Source of the DNA: Bacillota bacterium
GTDB lineage: Bacteria; Bacillota; Sulfobacillia; JAIMAT01
Assembly (NCBI GenBank): GCA_029960955.1
Contig: JASBVS010000018.1
Location: forward strand, 4,297-68,296
Length of the DNA: 64,000 nt
Direction of reading: 5' to 3'
The translations under genes were made by a program, and so were the position numbers. This document shows, piece after piece, positions 56,950 through 64,000 of the stretch (its first letter is position 1; every line of letters begins with the position of its first letter). The notes below the pieces were generated by a model. The model saw only the letters and a list, made by a program, of their open reading frames with translations. It had not been told where the DNA came from and did not search any database.

Positions 56950-57011
56950 GCGCCGACCCGGCGCGGAGCATGGGTGCCGGTCGATGCCGGCCGCCGGCGG
57001 CACGGAAATGA

Positions 57012-57041
57012 CAGCATGATGGCAAGACCGCCATCATGCTG
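57012..57041. terminator. Perfect 12-bp hairpin between convergent genes
   Basis: CAGCATGATGGC-aagacc-GCCATCATGCTG. Confidence 0.6.
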
Positions 57042-57051
57042 CCGATTCGGG

Positions 57052-58404
57052 TCAGGCCTTCTCCGGATCCCCTGCGCGCTCCAGCCGGGCCGCCAGGGCG
57101 AGGAGCGCCTCGCCGCGGCGGACCGCTTCCTCCGGCCGTCCCCGCAGCGGGACTTCGAGGAAGCGCGCCAGCTCCGCGCGCGAGACCGGCCGCTCCCACG
57201 GCCACCCGCCGCTCCGCGCCGCCGGGCCGAAGACCCGGCGGGCCGCCTCGGCCGCGGCCGGGTCGCAGGCGGCCGCCGCGTAGAAGGCGGGGCCGGTGGC
57301 GGGGGCGCCGGGGGTGCGGGCGAGCGGCACCGACATGCGCAGGAGCTCGCCGAGGGTGAGCTTCCTCTCCGGTTGGAGCGAGTTGTCGCGGTAGGCGACC
57401 GGGTGGCCGGCGCGGAGGAGCGTGCGCGCCGCCTCGGCCACCGGGTCGCCGGGCGGCACGTCGGCGAAGGGCGAGATCTCGAGCAGCTCGCGGACCGGGA
57501 TCACCTCGTAACCGTGGCGGCGGAGGAGCTCCAGCTGGGCGGGCAGCCCGTCGACGACGGGGCTCTGCAGCGACTGGTCGTAGCCGTCCTTCTCGAAGAC
57601 GATCCGGCCGTTGAGCGCCTCGGGATCGGCGGCCAGCGCCCGCTCCAGCGGCTCGACCATGCGCCGGACGTCGCGGGCGTAGTCGCCCGTCGACGGCAGC
57701 CAGCCGCCGCCGTCGAAGCTGGCGGCCAGGTAGTCGTAGCCCAGGGCCGCGTAGACGTCGTAGGCCGTCCGCCCGTCGGCGGTGGCGTCGATGTAGTGCG
57801 GCGGGCGGCCGAAGCGCATGACGTACCCGTGGCGCCCGCGCACCAGCTCGTGCAGCCGGCGGACGTCGGCCACGCAGGCCTCGAAGCCCGGCAGGAAGGC
57901 CCTTCGCCCGTAGACCAGCCGCATCGGCCCGAAGGCGACGTGGCTGTACGAGTGGTTGGCCAGCTCGTGGCCGGCCTCCAGGATGCGGCGGACCAGCTCC
58001 GGCTGCGCCTCCGCCCCGCCCTCGCCGTCGCGGCCGAAGGCCGGGTAGTGGTCGTAGCGGAGGCCGCTCCAGTAGACGGTGCCGAGCGCGCCCTGCTCGT
58101 CGGGGTAGCCGGCGGCCGTCGAGCCGATGACGTCGAAGGTGGCCCGCGCCCCGTAGCGGTCGAGGACGCGCAGGATCGCCTCCGTCAGCGGCGTGCCGTC
58201 GCCGGGGAGGGCGGGCGTGGCGGCCGGGCCGTCGTCGAAGGTCATGGCCACCACCCGGCGCCCCGGCGGCGGCGCCACACGCTCGATGCGCCGCACCGCG
58301 CTCAGGAAGCGCCGCGCCTCCGCGCGCTGCCGCTCCTTCCTCCACGCCCGGAGCGGCTGGACCAGCGACCGCCCCACCGGCCCGAGGAAGCCCGACCCGC
58401 CCAC
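57052..58404 (-). CDS. CE4 polysaccharide deacetylase with C-terminal SLH-like domain
   Basis: MTFDDGP; ATFDVIG; HELANHSYSH; RPPHY; FADVPPGDP..AYRDNSLQPERKLT. Confidence 0.85.
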   Translation of the reverse strand: MGGSGFLGPVGRSLVQPLRAWRKERQRAEARRFLSAVRRIERVAPPPGRRVVAMTFDDGPAATPALPGDGTPLTEAILRVLDRYGARATFDVIGSTAAGYPDEQGALGTVYWSGLRYDHYPAFGRDGEGGAEAQPELVRRILEAGHELANHSYSHVAFGPMRLVYGRRAFLPGFEACVADVRRLHELVRGRHGYVMRFGRPPHYIDATADGRTAYDVYAALGYDYLAASFDGGGWLPSTGDYARDVRRMVEPLERALAADPEALNGRIVFEKDGYDQSLQSPVVDGLPAQLELLRRHGYEVIPVRELLEISPFADVPPGDPVAEAARTLLRAGHPVAYRDNSLQPERKLTLGELLRMSVPLARTPGAPATGPAFYAAAACDPAAAEAARRVFGPAARSGGWPWERPVSRAELARFLEVPLRGRPEEAVRRGEALLALAARLERAGDPEKA

Positions 58405-58471
58405 GCGCCCCCTCCTCTCCCCGCCCGGCTCCGCCCCCGGGCGCCTCTCCGCACGGAACGATGCTAGGCGC

Positions 58472-59335
58472 TCACCGCCGCCGCGGCAAGGGGACCGGCG
58501 GCAGGCCGAGGAGCGCGGGCGCCGAGCCGACCGCGGCCAGCGCCGCCCTGGCCAGCACGCGCGGCAGGCGGCCCCAGGCGCGCTCGCGCCAGGCGCGCAG
58601 AAGCTGGCTCCGCCCCTCGGCCAGGGGAAGCGTCGGGCGGAGCGCCGTCTCGCGGGGAGCGGCGAGGAGGAGCGAGCGCAGCGCTTCCTCGTCGGGGTCG
58701 CGCGGCGCGCCCTCGGGCAGCTCGAGGAGCAGGCGGCCGCGGCCCACCTCGGCCGGCCAGTGGGCGTCGCTCCCGGCCGAGGCGGGCAGGCCGGCGGCCC
58801 GGGCGAGCCGCTCCGCCTCGCCGTTGGCCGTGGCCCGCCCGGCGAGGAGCGCCCGCGGGTTGGCCACCTCCACCAGGTCGAAGCCGATCCGCCGGATCAG
58901 CTCCAGCTCGGCGAGGGGCGGCTCGCCCGGCCGGCGGCGCTTGAAGGGGTGGGCCCAGACGGCCAGCCCTCCCTGGGCGTGGATGGCCGCCACCACCTCC
59001 GCCGCCGGCCAGCGCGCGCCGTAGCCGGCCGCCCCGAGCCGGATCTCCTCGCGCAGGAAGAGCCCGACCACGTGGCCGACCTCGGTGGCGTACTCGGCGC
59101 CGGCGATGACGGAAGGGAAGGGCAGGCGGGCGCCCACGCTGGGACCGCCGCCCGCCCGGTCGGCCCGCTCGCGCAGAGCCTCCCGCGCCGCCAGGGCGCC
59201 CCGCAGGGTGAAGTGGTCGGTGACGGCGACCACGTCCAGCCCGGCGCGGGCGGCGGCGCGCAGCGCCTGCTCCGGCGCCATGCCCGAGTCGGGCGAGCAG
59301 GAGGTGTGGACGTGCAGGTCGAGCGCCAGCCTCAC
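58472..59335 (-). CDS. PHP-domain phosphoesterase
   Basis: DLHVHTSCSPDS; AVTDH; GAE..GH; WAHPF; GSDAH. Confidence 0.88.
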   Translation of the reverse strand: MRLALDLHVHTSCSPDSGMAPEQALRAAARAGLDVVAVTDHFTLRGALAAREALRERADRAGGGPSVGARLPFPSVIAGAEYATEVGHVVGLFLREEIRLGAAGYGARWPAAEVVAAIHAQGGLAVWAHPFKRRRPGEPPLAELELIRRIGFDLVEVANPRALLAGRATANGEAERLARAAGLPASAGSDAHWPAEVGRGRLLLELPEGAPRDPDEEALRSLLLAAPRETALRPTLPLAEGRSQLLRAWRERAWGRLPRVLARAALAAVGSAPALLGLPPVPLPRRR

Positions 59336-61749
59336 GGCTGCTCCCCGCCCGAGAGCCGGCCGAGGCTGCGGCGCAGGTAGACGAGGCCCGGCCGCGGGTC
59401 GTCCAGCTCGAAGACGCCGTCGCGGACGCGGGGGTCGAGCCAGTCGCGGGCGAGCTCCGCGAGGACGGCCCCGGCACGGCCGCGGCGGGGGAGGCGGCGG
59501 ACGAGCTCGAGGCTCGCCAGCGCGTCCTGGGCGGCGAAGCGGAGGCGGACACCCAGCCGGTAGCCGGCGGCCAGGCCGAGCGAGGGCGAGACCGGCGGCA
59601 GGGGCGCCTCCAGGACGGCGCGCGGGATCGGGTCGAGCCGCTCGCCGCGCGCCAGGCGGTACCAGAGCGTGGGGATGGCGGCGAGGGGGCCGGCCGCGGC
59701 CACCGCCAGCGCCAGGCTCCCCCAGGGGCGCGGGTTGACCTCCAGGAGCCGGTAGCGACCGCGCGCGTCGAGGCGGAACTCGACCATGGCCGGCCCCTGC
59801 CAGCCGAGGGCGTCGAGGAGGCGGAGGCCGAGCCGGGCCAGCTCGGGGTCCCAGCAGGACTCGGCCAAAGCGCTGGGGCCGCCGCTGAGCGGGTACTCGC
59901 GCAGGCGGCGGTGGGCGAAGAGCGCCACGGGTCGCGCTTCCTGGTCGTAAAGGGCGGAGAGGCCGAAGCCGGGACCGGGCAGGAACTCCTCCACCAGCGG
60001 TCCCGCCTGGAGCGCCTCCATGGCCCGCCAGGCCGCCGCCAGCTCGCCGGGCGTCCGGCAGATCCGGTAGCGCCGCGCGGCGGGGAGGCCCAGCCCCTCG
60101 CCGTAGCGGAACTTGACGACGCACGGGTAGTCGACGCGCTCGGCGAAGCGCTCCGGCGGCTCGCCCGGCGCGGGCGCCCAGCCGCGCGGCACGGGCAGCC
60201 CGGCCCGCCCGGCCAGCTCCAGAAGCCGTGCCTTGTCGTTGGCCAGCTCCAGCTTTCCGGCCTCGGGAAGCAGGATCCCGACCGCGCCCGCCAGCCGCTC
60301 GCGCGCGCGGCTGAGCGCGGCCAGGCTGGCCGCGCCCGCGGGCAGGAGCGCGTCCACCCGCCGCTCGCGCGCCAGCCGCAGCGCCGCCTCGACGAAGGCC
60401 TCCGGCTCCCGCCGGGCGTCCGGCAGCCGGAAGCGCCCCTCCGCGAAGCGCGAGGCGAAGGCCAGCGGCTCGGGCGCGCCCGCCGCCTCGCCGGCCTCGC
60501 TCTCCGCCGCCAGCACGCGGACGCCGGCGCGGCCGAGGCTCCGCACCATGGCCAACGCGGTCCGGTAGCGGGCGTCGGTCACCAGCGCCGTCCCGTCCAG
60601 TCGGTCCGGCGCCGGCCGCCCCGCGGCAGGGCCCGGGAGGGCGGGGCGGCTCGCCCCTCGCCCGGACCCCTCTTCCGCCGCCGTCGCGCGGATCGTCTCG
60701 TAGAGCCGCTCGTAGGCCCGTCCCATGGCCTCGAGCGAGCAGCGCTCCTCGGCCAGCCGCCGGGCCGCGCCGGCCAGGCGAGCCCTCAGTTCCCGGTCCG
60801 CGCGCAGGCGCTCCAGCGCCTCCGCCAGCGCCGCCACGTCGCCCGGCGGCACGAGGAGCGCGCCCTCCGCCTGCTCCTCCGCCCCGCCCCCTGCCGTCCG
60901 CACCAGGGGAAGACCGCAGGCCATCGCCTCGATGGAGGCCAGGGGGAAGCCCTCGCGGGCGCTGGGCAGGGCGAAGGCGTCGGCCGCCCAGAAGAGCGGG
61001 CGGAGGTCGTCGAGCCAGCCCGGGAAGCGGACCCTTCCCGGCGCGCGCCGCGCCGCCTCGGACTCCAGAGCCGGCCGCTGCGGCCCCTCGCCGGCGAGGA
61101 GCAGGAAGGGCTCCGGACCCGCGCGCCGGAGCCGGGCGACCGCCTCGATCAGGTCGCCCGCCCGCTTGACCGGCACCATGCGGCCCGCCCAGGCGACGAC
61201 GAAGGCGCCGGGGGGAAGGCCGAGGCGGCGGCGCGCCTCCGCCCGCTCCTCCGGCGAGGGCGGCCGCAGGCGCCCGGTGTCGACCCCGTTGGGCACCCGG
61301 TGGACGCGCTCGGGCGGCAGGCGCCAGCGCCGGCGCAGCTCCCGCTCCGTCTCGGCCGAGACGGCCACCGCCGCCTGGCCCCAGCGGGTGAAGGGGGCGG
61401 CGACGCGCGTCCGGGTCGAATGGAGCACGTGGAGGAAGGGGACGCCGCAGCGCTTCCTGGCGGCTTCGGCGTAGGGGGAGCAGATGCGCCACTGGCAGTG
61501 GCCGACGTCGGGGCGGAAGTCGCGGACCGCGGCCAGGGTGGCCGCGCGGGCGGCGGCGAAGGCGAGGCGGCGGCGATAGGGCGCCGGATAGAGGCGGACA
61601 CCCGCGGCCCGGAAGGCAGGCGCCAGCTCGCCGCCGTCGGCCACCAGGCCGACGACGTGGCCGCGGGCGACGAGCCAGCGGGCCAGCGCCAGCGTGTGGT
61701 AGCCGATGCCGTCGCGGTCGACGTGCTTGGCGTAGAAGAGGATGCGCAT
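59332..61749 (-). CDS. GT4 glycosyltransferase - ATP-grasp ligase fusion
   Basis: N-terminal half VPNGVD..GRMVPVKR..PSAREGFPLASIEAMACG; C-terminal half LVTDARYRTALAMVRSLG..DKARL..VVKFR..VEEFLPG..MVEFR..LLEVNPRPWGS; a single frame. Confidence 0.85.
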   Translation of the reverse strand: MRILFYAKHVDRDGIGYHTLALARWLVARGHVVGLVADGGELAPAFRAAGVRLYPAPYRRRLAFAAARAATLAAVRDFRPDVGHCQWRICSPYAEAARKRCGVPFLHVLHSTRTRVAAPFTRWGQAAVAVSAETERELRRRWRLPPERVHRVPNGVDTGRLRPPSPEERAEARRRLGLPPGAFVVAWAGRMVPVKRAGDLIEAVARLRRAGPEPFLLLAGEGPQRPALESEAARRAPGRVRFPGWLDDLRPLFWAADAFALPSAREGFPLASIEAMACGLPLVRTAGGGAEEQAEGALLVPPGDVAALAEALERLRADRELRARLAGAARRLAEERCSLEAMGRAYERLYETIRATAAEEGSGRGASRPALPGPAAGRPAPDRLDGTALVTDARYRTALAMVRSLGRAGVRVLAAESEAGEAAGAPEPLAFASRFAEGRFRLPDARREPEAFVEAALRLARERRVDALLPAGAASLAALSRARERLAGAVGILLPEAGKLELANDKARLLELAGRAGLPVPRGWAPAPGEPPERFAERVDYPCVVKFRYGEGLGLPAARRYRICRTPGELAAAWRAMEALQAGPLVEEFLPGPGFGLSALYDQEARPVALFAHRRLREYPLSGGPSALAESCWDPELARLGLRLLDALGWQGPAMVEFRLDARGRYRLLEVNPRPWGSLALAVAAAGPLAAIPTLWYRLARGERLDPIPRAVLEAPLPPVSPSLGLAAGYRLGVRLRFAAQDALASLELVRRLPRRGRAGAVLAELARDWLDPRVRDGVFELDDPRPGLVYLRRSLGRLSGGEQP

Positions 61750-61775
61750 CGAGCCCGCCGTCACCCCAGCCGGTG

Positions 61776-61785
61776 ATGCTAGCAT
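61776..61785. promoter_or_regulatory. Palindromic bidirectional extended -10 element
   Basis: ATGCTAGCAT reads TGcTAGCAT on both strands within the 42-bp divergent gap. Confidence 0.55.
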
Positions 61786-61791
61786 ATCGCC

Positions 61792-63102
61792 GTGCGCGTT
61801 CTGCTGGTGGCCTACGAGACGCCGCCCATGCTGACGGCCGAGTCCATCCTGGCCGGCAAGACCGTCCGCCGCCTGGCAGCCGCCGGCGGCCCGGCCGGCG
61901 GGGCGGCGGGCGGAGCAGCGGGCGGGGCGGTGGGCGAAGTCGAGCTGACCTGCGTGACGGCGCTGCCCGACCCGCTCCACCGGCTCGACCCGCAGCTGGC
62001 GGCCTGGCTCGAAGGGGTCGAGGTGCGCCGCCACGGCAACTGGCCGCGCGGGCTCTCCGGTCGCGCCAGGGCCGCCTGGAGGCGGGCGGCCGTCCGCCTC
62101 TGGGGGGAGGACTTCCTGCCCTGGATCCTCCGCGCCGGGCGGCGCGAGCCGCGCCCGGGCGACGCCTTCGACCTCCTCTGGTCGCGCTCGGAACCGGGCG
62201 CGAGCCACACGGCGGCGCGCGCCATCCGGCGGCGGGCGGAACGGCTGGGCCTCGGGCGCCTGCCCTGGGTGGCCCAGTTCAGCGACCCCTGGGCGCTCAA
62301 CCCCTACCGGCCCTACGTGCCGCCCGGCTGGCGCCGCCGCGAGGAAGCGGTCCTCGCCGAGGCCGACGCCCTCGTCTTCCCCAGCGAGGCGCTGCGCGAC
62401 CTCTACGACCGCGCCTACCCTGCGCTCGCCGTCGCCCGGCGCGCCGCCGTCGTCCCCCACGGCTTCGAGCCGGCGCTCTACCCGCCGCGCCGCCGGCCCG
62501 AGCCGGGCGAGGGGCCGGGACCGCTCCGGCTGGTCCACGTGGGCGACTTCTACGGCCTCCGCTCGCCGGCGCCGCTCCTCGAGGCGGCGGCCGCCCTCCG
62601 CCCGCAGCCGCGGGGCGGGCTGGAGGTGCGCCTCGTCGGCCGCGTGGCCCGCTCCTTCCCGACCGGCGGCGCCGTCCGCGTCGGCCCGGTGGGCTACCTG
62701 GAGAGCCTGCGCGAGATGGTGGAGGCCGACCTCCTGGTCGTGGTCGACGCGCCGCTGGAGCGGGCGCCCTTCCTGCCCTCGAAGCTGATCGACTACCTGG
62801 GCGCGCGCCGGCCCGTCCTCGGCCTGACCGTGCCAGGAAGCCCCACCGCCCGCCTCCTCTCCCGCCTCGGCTTCCCCTGGGCGGACGTCCGCGACCCCGC
62901 CGCCGCCCGCGCGACCCTGGCCGACGCCGTCGCCCGTCTCGGCGAGCTGAGCCGGCGCGCGCGCACCCTGGACCACGCCGACTTCACCATGGAGCGAGCG
63001 GCCTCCGCGCTCCTCCAGCTCTTCCTCCGCCTCGCCGCCGCCGGGGCAGGCCCGGAACCGCGGGCCGGTCCCGCCGTGCCCGGCACGCCCGCCACGCACT
63101 GA
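61792..63102 (+). CDS. GT-B/GT4-like glycosyltransferase
   Basis: WVAQFSDPW; VVPHGFE; VHVGDFYGLRSP; FLPSKLIDYLGARRPVL. Confidence 0.8.
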   Translation: MRVLLVAYETPPMLTAESILAGKTVRRLAAAGGPAGGAAGGAAGGAVGEVELTCVTALPDPLHRLDPQLAAWLEGVEVRRHGNWPRGLSGRARAAWRRAAVRLWGEDFLPWILRAGRREPRPGDAFDLLWSRSEPGASHTAARAIRRRAERLGLGRLPWVAQFSDPWALNPYRPYVPPGWRRREEAVLAEADALVFPSEALRDLYDRAYPALAVARRAAVVPHGFEPALYPPRRRPEPGEGPGPLRLVHVGDFYGLRSPAPLLEAAAALRPQPRGGLEVRLVGRVARSFPTGGAVRVGPVGYLESLREMVEADLLVVVDAPLERAPFLPSKLIDYLGARRPVLGLTVPGSPTARLLSRLGFPWADVRDPAAARATLADAVARLGELSRRARTLDHADFTMERAASALLQLFLRLAAAGAGPEPRAGPAVPGTPATH

Positions 63103-63135
63103 GAGCCGCCGGACCCGCTTCCCCGGGCGGGCTGC

Positions 63136-63999
63136 CTAGCCGACGTACTTCGTCGGGTCCTGCGGCACGCCGTCCACGCGCACCTCGAAATGGAGGTGCG
63201 GCCCGGTCGCCCAGCCGGTCTCGCCGACGCGGCCGATCACCTGGCCCGCCTCGACCGCGTCGCCCTGGTGGACCAGGATGGCCGAGAGGTGGGCGTAGAG
63301 GGTGGAGAGACCGTTGCCGTGGACGAGGATGACGGTGTTGCCGTAGCCGTTCATCCAGCCGGTGAAGAAGACGACGCCCGCGCCCGCCGCGTGGACCGGC
63401 GTCCCCTCCGGCGCCGCCAGGTCGATGCCCGTGTGCATCTGCACCTGGCGCAGGATCGGGTCGTAGTTCTGGCCGAAGGGACGCGTGACGACGAAGGAAG
63501 CGAGCGGCCAGGCGAGCCCGGTGCGCGGGTTGACCGCGCCGCTGCCGGAGGAGCCGCCCCCGCCCGCCCCGTGCGACGACTGGGCCGCGCGCAGGGCGGC
63601 CAGCTGCGCCGCCCGGGCCGCCTCGTACTGGCGCTCGAGCCGCGCCAGCTGCGCCTGGATCGCCTGGCTCTCCTTCTCCTGCTCGTCGTAGGCCGCCTGC
63701 AGGCGGGCGGCCGCCTGCTGGTAGCTGGCGTAGACCACGCGCTGCTGGGCCGTGCGGGTGGCCAGCACCTGCTCGGCCGCGGCCACCTGCTGCGTCAGGC
63801 TCGCCACCTGGGCCACCTGCCGCTGCTGCGCCTCGGTCTCGGCGGCGACCAGGCGGCGCTCGGCCTGCACCTGCCTGAGCAGGCGGACGTTCGCCTGGAC
63901 GATCTGCATCAGCTCATGGAGGCGCGTGACGAAGTCGTAGAAGTCGCGGGCGCCCAGAAGGACGTCCAGCCAGGAGACCACCCCGTTCTCGTAGGTCAT
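63136..63999 (-). CDS. Coiled-coil + M23 peptidase (EnvC-like), 3' part; starts beyond the window
   Basis: WLDVLLGARDFYDF; coiled coil; HTGIDLAA (HxxxD); YGN; LYAHL; GPHLHFEVR. Confidence 0.88.
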   Translation of the reverse strand: MTYENGVVSWLDVLLGARDFYDFVTRLHELMQIVQANVRLLRQVQAERRLVAAETEAQQRQVAQVASLTQQVAAAEQVLATRTAQQRVVYASYQQAAARLQAAYDEQEKESQAIQAQLARLERQYEAARAAQLAALRAAQSSHGAGGGGSSGSGAVNPRTGLAWPLASFVVTRPFGQNYDPILRQVQMHTGIDLAAPEGTPVHAAGAGVVFFTGWMNGYGNTVILVHGNGLSTLYAHLSAILVHQGDAVEAGQVIGRVGETGWATGPHLHFEVRVDGVPQDPTKYVG

Positions 64000-64000
64000 G

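Noticed and set aside
58472-59335. PHP protein as the histidinol-phosphatase missing from the his operon
   Set aside because: It is 15 kb away and translationally coupled to the glycosyltransferase fusion; nothing here links it to histidine synthesis
143-63099. Many very long ORFs in the track (e.g. 5340..9635 -, 13589..18373 -, 37586..42199 +, 49831..54786 +)
   Set aside because: They are Arg/Pro/Gly/Ala-rich antisense or off-frame shadows of clearly recognisable genes, expected at this GC content

Overview
Very GC-rich, gene-dense chromosomal DNA from what appears to be an endospore-forming Bacillota (inferred from prkA-yhbH-spoVR, yunC, yerC/hisR, trmK, a PyrR leader, an SLH domain and RNase P RNA). 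Most long ORFs in the supplied track are GC-driven shadow frames. In order, the real content is: a housekeeping block (P1 peptidase, birA, DUF2203, CoA-binding, CBS, metalloenzyme, yunC, TetR, DUF309); addAB-type helicase/nuclease; pgpA; rnpB; a small ORF plus radical SAM; patatin; a che operon running into HD-GYP, rlmI-like and trmK; an E2'/E1a/E1b 2-oxoacid/acetoin dehydrogenase block; 'prkA-yhbH-spoVR; uracil permease with PyrR attenuator; lipB; the his operon with a HisF-HisI-HisE triple fusion and a HisR operator; a BMP lipoprotein; a putative sigK spore-coat cluster; a stand-alone glutamate synthase large subunit with a long structured leader; an ABC exporter preceded by a leader peptide and hairpin; a glycosyltransferase/ATP-grasp/PHP/deacetylase-SLH cluster; and an M23 peptidase. 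Two abrupt breaks (about 25.31-25.47 kb and 28.32-28.39 kb) truncate an MCP, an E2 and prkA, and may be assembly joins. I saw no CRISPR array, tRNA, rRNA, transposase or integrase. All calls come from motif recognition by eye, with no database searches.
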